Assembly (NCBI GenBank): GCA_038727515.1
Contig: JAVYVS010000002.1
Span: 75,683 to 139,682, forward strand
Reading direction: 5' to 3'
DNA length: 64,000 nucleotides
Source of the DNA: Candidatus Methanomethylicia archaeon
GTDB taxonomy: Archaea; Thermoproteota; Methanomethylicia; Culexarchaeales; Culexarchaeaceae
The position numbers and the translations under genes are program-made. A model generated the notes under the pieces. It saw only the letters and a program-made list of their open reading frames with translations. It was not told the origin of the DNA and ran no database searches. Below are positions 10,481-18,345 of this stretch, one piece after another (position 1 is the stretch's first letter; every line of letters begins with the position of its first letter).

Positions 10481-11017
10481 CTACCAGCGATTATATTTAA
10501 CTATTTCCTCTAGAGGTTTTCTATCGGTTACTGGATCCTTCTTTTCAGCTGGATATCCCAGTGTTATCATAGTCACAACACGAACATCATCGGGTATTCC
10601 TAAAACCTTTTTAATATCATTTTCATCATGGAATACTCCTATCCAACATGTTCCAAGACCCAATTCCCATGCAGCTAAAACTAAGTTCTGTAATGCTATA
10701 GATACATCAATCTTCCAGAAATCTGTTCCAGGGAAGCTTTCGCTGGGAACAGCACATCCAACAATAACTATAGGTGCTGTAGCAAGCGGACCTCTATAAG
10801 GTCTCCTAGCAGATGGCATCATCCTTTCTTTAATCATTTTTAGTTCCTCTATAATCTTCCTATCATTTACAACGATAAACCTCCAAGGTTGTCTATTACC
10901 TGCTGAAGGTGCAAGTCTAGCTGCTTCTAAAACCTTCTTCAATTTCTCTTCTTCAACAGGTTTATCCTCATAAACCCTTATACTACGTCTCGTTCTAATA
11001 GCTTCAAAAACATCCAT
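10481..11017 (-). CDS. nitroreductase-family flavoprotein
   Basis: N-terminal RRSIRVY and PSAGNRQPWRFIVV motifs typical of the NADH/FMN nitroreductase fold. Confidence 0.8.
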   Translation of the reverse strand: MDVFEAIRTRRSIRVYEDKPVEEEKLKKVLEAARLAPSAGNRQPWRFIVVNDRKIIEELKMIKERMMPSARRPYRGPLATAPIVIVGCAVPSESFPGTDFWKIDVSIALQNLVLAAWELGLGTCWIGVFHDENDIKKVLGIPDDVRVVTMITLGYPAEKKDPVTDRKPLEEIVKYNRW

Positions 11018-11140
11018 ATGAACATCTATGTTAATTAAATTAATAATTATTTTGTTTATTGATGGATTTTAATATATGTGTAGATTCTTTTATCAAAATC
11101 GTAGTAATTTTTTACTCGGTAACTTATGGTTTATTCGGTG

Positions 11141-11236
11141 AATCGAGTAAATGATGAAAGAACGAGTCGGTTCAAAGGGGAAGTTATTTCTTCCAAAGGA
11201 AATTAGGAAAGAGCTTGGTCTCAATGCTAATACAAA
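11141..11236 (+). pseudogene. orphan N-terminal fragment of an AbrB/SpoVT (VapB/MazE-type) antitoxin
   Basis: A 31-codon ORF, MMKERVGSKGKLFLPKEIRKELGLNANTKVI, carrying the swapped-hairpin motif (SKGqitIPKEIRekLGl). It stops prematurely and no toxin gene follows. Confidence 0.4.
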
Positions 11237-11505
11237 AGTTATATAAGATTGAAGATATATTGATGTAAAATACATTTGTGGAAGAATCATTGAAGAGTTT
11301 TAGAGATTTAGGAGAGAATTGTCTAAGAGGGTTGAAATATTGAGAAGATAAAATTTATCAAGAAATAGTGACACCTATAAATCCTAAATTTAAGATACAT
11401 CGATTAACAGATTTTATGGTGGTAGATAGCTTTACCTATTTACGAGATTTGTTAATTGAATTTTAAATCCTCATGCTTATATATGATAACAGTTAATAAC
11501 TATTA

Positions 11506-12543
11506 TTGATGGTATCTGATAATTCTGATTTATCTTTACAAAATTTAATTGTAAAAGCTTTATTAAAGCCTGAAGTCTATAATGAAAAAGTAAAAAAGGT
11601 AAAACTTATTCAAACCTATCATTCTTTTGTTTTTCTTGCTGGAGATTTTGCTTATAAGATTAAGAAGGCTGTAAAATTCCCCTATTTTGATTTTTCCACA
11701 TTAGATAAGAGGAAGGAGGATTTAGAGAAGGAATTGAGATTAAATAAGCGTTTGGCATCAGACCTTTATCTTGGGATAGTTCCTATAACTATGGAAGATG
11801 AAGAGATTAAAATTTGTGGTAAGGGTAGAATTATTGAGTATGCTTTAAAGATGAAGCGAATACCTGAAAGATATTTAATGTCAAAACTTTTGGAAGAGAA
11901 TAAAGTGGGTAATGAAGCTATTGAAAATATTGCTAAAATTATTGCTGATTTCCATTCTAAAGCTGAAAGTAATGAGGAAATAAGTAAATATGGTTCAATT
12001 GAAGTTATAAAGTATAATTGGAATGAGAATTTTGAGCAAACTAGAGAATTTATAAACATTACAATTTCTGAAAATCAATTTAACTTCATAAAGAAGATTA
12101 TTGATGACTTTATATACAAAAATAAAAGTCTTTTTGAGAAGAGGATGAAAGAGGGAATGATTAAAGACTGCCATGGAGACCTATATTCCGAAAGCATCTT
12201 TATAACTCCAAATAAAATCTACATTTTCGATTGTTTAGAGTTTATAGATAGATTTAGATTTTCTGATACTGTAAGTGAAGTAGCATTTCTAGCCATGGAT
12301 TTAGATTTTCATGATAGAAGTGATCTCAGTGATCTTTTTATTGAAAAATATATTGAATTTTCAAAGGATGTAGAACTCCTCAAACTATTGCAATTCTATA
12401 AATGTTATAGAGCCTATGTTAGAGGGAAAGTTGAAAGTTTCAAACTAAAAGATCCAAATATTGGTAAAAGGGATAAGAATATCGCTGTAAAAAATGCTAG
12501 AAAATACTTCAACCTATCCTTTAATTACGCCAAGCAACTTTAA
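11506..12543 (+). CDS. protein-kinase-like (APH/phosphotransferase fold) protein
   Basis: HGDLYSESIF catalytic-loop-like and IFDCLEF (DFG-like) motifs. It is arranged convergently with a P-loop kinase, as in fused COG2187-type proteins. Confidence 0.5.
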   Translation: MMVSDNSDLSLQNLIVKALLKPEVYNEKVKKVKLIQTYHSFVFLAGDFAYKIKKAVKFPYFDFSTLDKRKEDLEKELRLNKRLASDLYLGIVPITMEDEEIKICGKGRIIEYALKMKRIPERYLMSKLLEENKVGNEAIENIAKIIADFHSKAESNEEISKYGSIEVIKYNWNENFEQTREFINITISENQFNFIKKIIDDFIYKNKSLFEKRMKEGMIKDCHGDLYSESIFITPNKIYIFDCLEFIDRFRFSDTVSEVAFLAMDLDFHDRSDLSDLFIEKYIEFSKDVELLKLLQFYKCYRAYVRGKVESFKLKDPNIGKRDKNIAVKNARKYFNLSFNYAKQL

Positions 12544-13044
12544 TTTCTCAATTAAAATATCTGCTGCCTCCACAGATCCTCTAGTTGTATCTATAATTAT
12601 ATGATCCTGCATTATAGGTTCAAATTCTCTTTTCAATTTTAAATAAACTTCCCAATCTGCATCCGAAGAAAATCTCTTATCCCCCTTTAATCTTTCTTTA
12701 ACAACCTCTTCATCACAAATACATTCAATAAAGTATATAGGAACATTATTTCTCTCAGCCAATTCAACAACCTTCCTCCTCCTCTCCTCCTTATTAAAAG
12801 TAGCATCAAGAATACATGGAACACCCTGCTTCACCAAATACTCTGCTACAATAAACATTACCCTATAAACCAATTCCCTCTCATCCTCTGAATAAGTTGG
12901 TTTCTCAATCAACTTCTTCCTTATTTCATCAGTCCTTAAAACTGGTGCTCTAATTTTCTCTGATAAGATATCTGCTATAGTACTCTTACCAGTTCCAGGC
13001 AAACCAGAAATAACTATCAACATACACACTATGTAATAATCCAC
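12514..13044 (-). CDS. P-loop kinase (AAA_33 / zeta-toxin-like family)
   Basis: Walker A ISGLPGTGKST at the N-terminus, about 176 aa, like small nucleotide or 2-phosphoglycerate-type kinases. Confidence 0.65.
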   Translation of the reverse strand: MDYYIVCMLIVISGLPGTGKSTIADILSEKIRAPVLRTDEIRKKLIEKPTYSEDERELVYRVMFIVAEYLVKQGVPCILDATFNKEERRRKVVELAERNNVPIYFIECICDEEVVKERLKGDKRFSSDADWEVYLKLKREFEPIMQDHIIIDTTRGSVEAADILIEKLKLLGVIKG

Positions 13045-13186
13045 TATCGAAAATAAATAGGTATAGGATTCTACAACTTCATAACTTGATTTGTAAAATT
13101 TTCATTTAGTAGAAATTCGTATTTTCTTTCAGGTTTTGAGGTAAGAATTTTAATTAAGTTATATTTATTTTATTATAATATTTTGA

Positions 13187-14098
13187 ATGATACCCTTAGC
13201 ATTCGAAGAAATGCTAAGTCCTGAGCTTGAGAAGGAGTTGTTGAAGATATATGTAGGTCAGAACATTAGGATAGATGCTAGGTTTGGTAAAAGACGGGGG
13301 ATTTTAAGTAAAGATGTAAATCAAATATTGGCTCGTAGACTTCTGCTTATGGGATTTATCAAAGAAGATACTTGGTATCGTCTTACATTATATCAAACGA
13401 CAACAGAAGGTGAAGCGTACATAAAACCGATTATTAAGCTTATATGCACTACATTTAATGACGCTGTTAATAAAGCGGTTGAACATCATGGTATTCCTCC
13501 AAGAATAATTGGATTCGTAGTTCATTATTACCTTTTACCTTCATTAAAATTTCCTGCTATTCAACCATCAGAAACAACGGCTGAATTATATGCATTGGAT
13601 AGAATACTTAGAGATTATGAAGTTTGGGAATACTGCTCTAAGTTCATGCAGATCTTGGAAGAAATGAACCTATGTGTTAAAGCACATTTCTATGTTTCCT
13701 CACATGGAGGTAAAGAAGACGAACCTTACTATGTAATAAGCTTTGAATTACAAGAGTATTTAGAGAATAGCCAGATCCCCCCACCATTTACTGTGGAAGA
13801 AGAGAAAGAATTGAAAATATATGAAGTACTAATTCGCACCATTAGGTTATTCTCAGGTCCAGTCAATACATATGTTGGCTACTCGCTTAGAACGTATCTA
13901 AAGTTACTTGAAGAGTATAGAATTACAGAGGATGATGTGAAATCAATCATCGATAAAGCTAGTGCAAAAGGGCTTACAAGCAAATATGAAGTGTTACCAA
14001 ATAGAAATCCCTTTATAATTCATGATATACATAGGTTTAGCTTCTATATTTACAAGGAGTTAATAGAGCCGAAGATAGAATACCTTTTAGAATTTTAA
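13187..14098 (+). CDS. hypothetical protein
   Basis: 303-aa ORF with coding-like composition and no recognisable motif. Confidence 0.45.
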   Translation: MIPLAFEEMLSPELEKELLKIYVGQNIRIDARFGKRRGILSKDVNQILARRLLLMGFIKEDTWYRLTLYQTTTEGEAYIKPIIKLICTTFNDAVNKAVEHHGIPPRIIGFVVHYYLLPSLKFPAIQPSETTAELYALDRILRDYEVWEYCSKFMQILEEMNLCVKAHFYVSSHGGKEDEPYYVISFELQEYLENSQIPPPFTVEEEKELKIYEVLIRTIRLFSGPVNTYVGYSLRTYLKLLEEYRITEDDVKSIIDKASAKGLTSKYEVLPNRNPFIIHDIHRFSFYIYKELIEPKIEYLLEF

Positions 14099-14347
14099 CA
14101 AATACCGGTATTTAAATGGATAAAAATACATTAAAATTCATCATAAAAGGGATTTTTCAGTATTTATCTATATCTTCTAAAAGTAGCTCATCACACAGTT
14201 TTCCCTAATCTTTTCATTTAGTTTTCTATTTTCCTTCTAGTTTCCATGACATTTTTACTCTAAAAAGTTTAATCTCAGCCTTAACCTAGCCATGGACTAG
14301 CGAGGTGTGGACATTAACTTATTTAAAGATCTGAATATGGGAGGTAG

Positions 14348-14422
14348 CGGGCCCGCCGGGATTTGAACCCGGGGCCTCTGGCTCCGGAGGCCAACGCTCT
14401 ATCCAAACTGAGCTACGGGCCC
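14348..14422 (-). tRNA. tRNA-Arg (anticodon CCG)
   Basis: The reverse complement folds as a cloverleaf: acceptor GGGCCCG/CGGGCCC, D arm GCTC..GAGC, anticodon stem TTGGC/GCCAG with loop CTCCGGA (anticodon CCG), T arm CCGGG-TTCAAAT-CCCGG and discriminator G. CCA is not encoded and there is no intron. Confidence 0.9.
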
Positions 14423-14440
14423 GATTTTTCCTATCCGAAC

Positions 14441-14450
14441 ATTTATATAT
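14441..14450 (-). promoter_or_regulatory. TATA-box-like element upstream of tRNA-Arg
   Basis: In the tRNA sense it reads ATATATAAAT, about 19-28 nt upstream of the mature 5' end, as for archaeal tRNA promoters. Confidence 0.35.
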
Positions 14451-14567
14451 CTCTTCCTCCCCTTTTTCTTGATGCGTCTTGGAGAAGTTTAGTTATAGAC
14501 ACGCATTTTCTAAAAGAGCTCTGAGGCTTACGCAGAAGTTAGGGCTTGATTTGATGAGCTTAAGGTT

Positions 14568-15532
14568 TTGAGAAGTGGAAGAACAGCCCACGACTATCTG
14601 GATATGCTTGCTGGTTTTGTTGAAAGCTCTGGAAAATCCCCTAAAGATTTAGTTGGGCTATCTTCCAGTGAAGCATATGATGTTTTGAGGAAATGGGATT
14701 TATCTGAACTTCGCAAATGTTCCTACACTACTGGAAGACTTTATGTTTTATGGAATGCTGTCAAAAACTTCTTGAAATTTCATGGAATTGAGGTGAAAAA
14801 TAAACCGCCTTTCAAGAAGACTGTGAAATACTTGGACAAGATTCCAACGAAGGAAGAGTTAAGGCAAATATTAAATGCAGCTTCAAGCCTTTCAACCAAA
14901 ATTGCCATTGAGCTGATGCGTTATGGAGGATTAAGACCAAAGGACATATGTGATTTAACCTACTCAAGCATAAAAAACGATTTTGAGGGGGGAAGTCCAT
15001 TTGCAGTGTTTGTTCCACAGGCAAAAAGTGACAGCGTTTACGTCACTTTTATTCCGGAGACAACTGTTGGGCTGATTCGCCAATATTTTAGGTTTAGGGA
15101 AAGTAAGGGAGAGAAAATAATTGATAAAAGCCCTATAATAGCAAACCCGAGGTATCCAAGCAAAGGGATTAGGAGAAAAACGTTAACAGCCAAAATAGAA
15201 AAGGTGATTGCTAAGAGCGGAATTCAATCGCAGTTAACCTTTGGAAACAAAATTCAGAGAATTAGGCCCTACAGTTTAAGAAAGTATTTTTAGGAGCAAT
15301 TTAACTGGGCATGCCCCAAACGAGTATATTGAGGCTTGGCCACACCTCCGGCTTAGAGCATGTATACAGCGGGACAAGGGATCTGGACCCTTCCACAATT
15401 GAAAGGATGCGTGAGGTTTACAAGAGATGTGAACCTTCCCTTTTAGCCACAGCCCAACCGCTAGATCAAAATTCCTTGGTTACAGAAGCAAAAATAGAAG
15501 CCTTGAAAAGCATAGCAAAAAGCCTCCTATGA
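14568..15532 (+). pseudogene. tyrosine recombinase/integrase, disrupted by frameshift and stop
   Basis: ORF 14568-15293 carries the catalytic Arg box (LRPKD) and box II (IRPYSLRKYF). The H/Y box (LGHTSGLEHVYSG) continues in another frame at 15311-15532 after in-frame stops at 15291 and 15302. Confidence 0.65.
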
Positions 15533-15750
15533 ATAGACCTGCTCGATGTTAAAGTTGCAAAAGAAAGGCAGATTGGAAGAGAGTTAAGCAAGGACGAAGA
15601 ACTCTAGCTTTACGAGAAAGAGCTGAAAAAACTAAGAGAGGGAAAACATAACCCCCAAAGGATAATACATGAAAGAGAGCTTGAAAAATACATTTCCCAA
15701 GAAGACATAAAGAAGGTTAAAGAACTGATTATAAAGGCGATCATGGAGAA

Positions 15751-16332
15751 ATGAGCGAAAATTTTGAGGAACTCTTATTTGCGGACATTCTTGTCAGAAA
15801 AATTGAAATTAAGGAGATTTCGCCTTGCACCGCCGACCCGGAAAGGATTAAGTTTTTGGCGCAGGCTGACAAGCTCCTAGAAGATGTTTTGCCGATTCTC
15901 TATTTGGCTATTCCAAACGCCAAATACTCCGAAAAGCTCGGCGCATTAAGCTACGTGTACCAGCAACACCTGATAACCATTTTCGCTAATGGCAGAATCA
16001 GCATGACCTACGTCAAAGATAGAAACGAGGCAAACCAACTCGTCGAAGAGGCTAGGCAACTAATAAACCGCGCCATCATATACCTGAAAACCCATGGAAA
16101 GCCAAGCCCCGAAATGATTCATGCCAAAAAAGAATTAACACCAGTAAAGATTTACGAGTTGTTGCCGAAAACGAACTGCAAAATGTGCGGGGAGCAAAGC
16201 TGCTTCGCTTTTGCAGCCAAACTTCTAAACGGAGAAAAAACATTGCAGGACTGTCCACCATTGGAGTCTAAGGAGTACGAAGCCTTCAAGTTTCAAATAG
16301 AGAGGATGATGAATCCAATTAGGCTGAAGTAG
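15751..16332 (+). CDS. Fe-S cluster-binding domain protein (PF04060-like CxxCGxxxCxxFA...C motif)
   Basis: The C-terminal CKMCGEQSCFAFAAKLLNGEKTLQDCP matches the 'putative Fe-S cluster' domain seen in CdhE/RACo-type proteins. The gene is GC-rich. Confidence 0.45.
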   Translation: MSENFEELLFADILVRKIEIKEISPCTADPERIKFLAQADKLLEDVLPILYLAIPNAKYSEKLGALSYVYQQHLITIFANGRISMTYVKDRNEANQLVEEARQLINRAIIYLKTHGKPSPEMIHAKKELTPVKIYELLPKTNCKMCGEQSCFAFAAKLLNGEKTLQDCPPLESKEYEAFKFQIERMMNPIRLK

Positions 16333-16379
16333 AAGCTTTTAAGAAACATATTTAAATATTTTAATCTCACTATTTATGC

Positions 16380-16766
16380 TTGGTAAACAAAATGCTTGAA
16401 TCTAAAATTGATAAAAGGCTTATGAGGTTGATAAGTTCCGGACGTTGTCCTCATGAAGATCCGCAGAGATACGTTGCTGAGCTAAGACATCTTGCGGATG
16501 ATGTGGCGAGGGTTGATGAGGCTGAGGAGCGATGCAAATTTTTTAAGGCTTTGGCGGACACGACGAGGCTTAGGATTTTGAAGCTTTTGGGCGTTAGGGA
16601 AATGTGTGTTTGCGAGGTTATGATAGCCCTTGATTTAACCCAGCCAACAGCTTCGCATCACTTAAAAATACTGGAAAACGCTGGGCTAGTTAAAGGCAGA
16701 AAAAAGGGAAGATGGGTATACTACAGCGTTAAGAATCCAAAGATAATTGAAAGTATGTTTCAGTAA
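16380..16766 (+). CDS. ArsR/SmtB-family metalloregulatory transcription factor
   Basis: HTH signature ALADTTRLRILKLL..., a metal-site CVCE and a recognition helix ending ...ASHHLKIL. Confidence 0.8.
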   Translation: MVNKMLESKIDKRLMRLISSGRCPHEDPQRYVAELRHLADDVARVDEAEERCKFFKALADTTRLRILKLLGVREMCVCEVMIALDLTQPTASHHLKILENAGLVKGRKKGRWVYYSVKNPKIIESMFQ

Positions 16767-16779
16767 GACTTTGCAAGCC

Positions 16780-17076
16780 TTAACGGTAACCGTATTTCTC
16801 TCGCAATTCTCTAAGCATCTGCTTAAGTTCCTGCCTTGAAGGGAAGCTTATGGCTCCCACTGGGCACCGCGGTCTACATGACTCGCATCCTACTAGACAA
16901 TTGTAAGGTCTTGCAACAACTACCTTGTCGCCCTGCTTTTCGTAAACATGTTCATGGCAGAATTCCACACAGATTCCGCAACCAATGCAAAGCTCATGAT
17001 TAATTGTTGGAAACCATTTAATCTCCTTTCGCGGTATCCCTAAATACGTTTTCTCCTCGCCCATCTTACGCGCCAA
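16780..17076 (-). CDS. 2x[4Fe-4S] ferredoxin-like protein
   Basis: Two cysteine clusters, CIGCGICVEFC and CLVGCESCRPRCP. Confidence 0.7.
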   Translation of the reverse strand: MARKMGEEKTYLGIPRKEIKWFPTINHELCIGCGICVEFCHEHVYEKQGDKVVVARPYNCLVGCESCRPRCPVGAISFPSRQELKQMLRELREKYGYR

Positions 17077-17455
17077 CCACCTTACTTACAGCTTCCTCAA
17101 CCTTCTTCATGGCCTCTGCCGTCTCCATATTCCTCAAATCCAGAGAAATTACTTGCTTGTCAAAGTCTAAGCCCTTTTCAGCAAAAGCGTCCTTAAACAT
17201 TTTCCTCTGCATCCTTGGGTCGCATCCACCGATAATGTATATTTTGTCTTTATCCGTTTCCTTCAAGTAATCCCTGAGAAAGTTGTCCCCATCCGTGACG
17301 CAAAGCTGAGGATGGATTATAGCGTATTCTACGTCAAGCTCATTTCTAACAAAGTTTATAAACTTCCACAAATCCAACTTTGCAAATCCGGGACATTCAC
17401 CAGTACAGAAACACATTATAAATCTTGGCAATTTCCTCTCACTCATATTTTTCAC
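17066..17455 (-). CDS. MvhD/FlpD-like (hydrogenase delta-subunit family) small redox protein
   Basis: FIMCFCTGEC near the N-terminus and a ...IIGGCDPR... region resemble the methyl-viologen-reducing hydrogenase delta subunit (PF02662) layout. Similarity is weak. Confidence 0.35.
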   Translation of the reverse strand: MKNMSERKLPRFIMCFCTGECPGFAKLDLWKFINFVRNELDVEYAIIHPQLCVTDGDNFLRDYLKETDKDKIYIIGGCDPRMQRKMFKDAFAEKGLDFDKQVISLDLRNMETAEAMKKVEEAVSKVVGA

Positions 17456-17538
17456 CTTGTTAGTTGAAGATTATATTTAAACATTTAAATTTATCGTTTT
17501 GAAGTTTCCATTTTAAAGGAAAATTGCGTTAATTTTGA

Positions 17539-17919
17539 CAGCTATTATTAGAAGCCACTCGTGCAGACCTATTTACCACAGACCTGGCCATATATGAAGC
17601 CTGTAACAGCCTCTGGAAGCTTTCAACATTATTGAAATCAATATCCATAGAGGATGCCATAGACACCGCCACCACGATAAAAGACTTAGCCACAAGAGGC
17701 GTGATAAAAACAATAAAATTCACAAAACTAGACTTTTCCCACACATTTCAAATAGCTTACAAAGAAGGGATAACCTTCTACGACGCCTCATACATAGCAA
17801 CAGCTAGAAACGCAGAAGTCACCCTAGTAACAGAAGACGAAAAACTAAAGGAAACAGCAAGAAAATTCATAAAAACAATAACATATTCAGACCTCGAAAA
17901 CAAACTAACTCAAACCTAA
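17539..17919 (+). pseudogene. N-terminally truncated PIN-domain (VapC-like) remnant
   Basis: The C-terminal PIN signature ...ITFYDASYIATARNAEVTLVTEDEKL is present. The open frame begins only after a stop at 17536, so the first acidic strand is missing and no antitoxin gene precedes it. Confidence 0.45.
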
Positions 17920-17986
17920 CAGCCAAAAATGAAAGTGTATCTGAAAACGCGCGAATACCATAGATATAGGTTCGGATAGGATTTTT

Positions 17987-18011
17987 CCTATCCATGCTGA
18001 GCTACGGGCTC
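17987..18011 (-). repeat. duplicated 5' fragment of tRNA-Arg (putative att repeat)
   Basis: The reverse complement GAGCCCGTAGCTCAGCATGGATAG matches tRNA positions 1-24 with 3-4 mismatches. It is followed by a copy of the tRNA-upstream motif GGATAGGAAAAAT. Confidence 0.5.
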
Positions 18012-18123
18012 AATTTTCATGGATTATTTCACTTTATTTTTAATGAATTCTCAATTTTGTTATATTTTTGTTTAAGTTTATTATATAAGTTTCTTTGCAT
18101 AATTTATGTTATTGGTGTAAAGT

Positions 18124-18345
18124 TTGGGTAAAATTGATAGGGGCGTCAATTGTAGTATTGTTGATTGCAATAAATCTGCTATTCGCTCATTATCTTATTC
18201 TGAGTTTTCTAAAGTTGCACCTAAAGCTGGGTTAAGTATTGGCTCTAATGCTCCACGTAGAGTTTATCTCTGTGAGGATCATTATAAGGTTTTTAAGAAG
18301 TTTTTGAGGAAGGAGAAAATGTATGAGAAATGGAGATATGGTTAG
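18124..18345 (+). CDS. small zinc-finger protein (C-x4-C ... C-x2-H), hypothetical
   Basis: 73 aa with CSIVDC ... CEDH. It overlaps the start of polB in another frame. Uses a TTG start. Confidence 0.3.
   Translation: MGKIDRGVNCSIVDCNKSAIRSLSYSEFSKVAPKAGLSIGSNAPRRVYLCEDHYKVFKKFLRKEKMYEKWRYG

Larger units (their letters stand above)
14408..18011. mobile_element. decayed integrated element at tRNA-Arg (integrase remnant plus GC-rich cargo)
   Basis: It is bounded by a 15-bp direct repeat of the tRNA 5' end (ctgagctacgggccc at 14408-14422 and ctgagctacgggctc at 17997-18011). A tyrosine-recombinase gene sits next to the tRNA, the interior is about 45-50% GC against a ~30% host, and it carries a PIN fragment. 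Confidence 0.5.

Noticed and set aside
10458-10799. 113-aa plus-strand ORF
   Set aside because: It lies almost entirely antisense to the nitroreductase gene, which has clear family motifs.
11093-11290. 65-aa minus-strand ORF
   Set aside because: It has no motif. The plus strand here encodes a recognisable AbrB-type antitoxin fragment, so the minus ORF is probably spurious.
14348-14422. tRNA intron or split tRNA
   Set aside because: The 75-nt sequence folds as a canonical cloverleaf with a 7-nt anticodon loop, so no intron is needed.
14812-16261. Minus-strand ORFs 14812-15024 and 16076-16261
   Set aside because: They are antisense to the integrase and Fe-S protein genes and have no support.
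17529-17744. 71-aa minus-strand ORF overlapping the PIN remnant
   Set aside because: The plus frame carries the PIN signature, so the minus ORF is probably a chance open frame.
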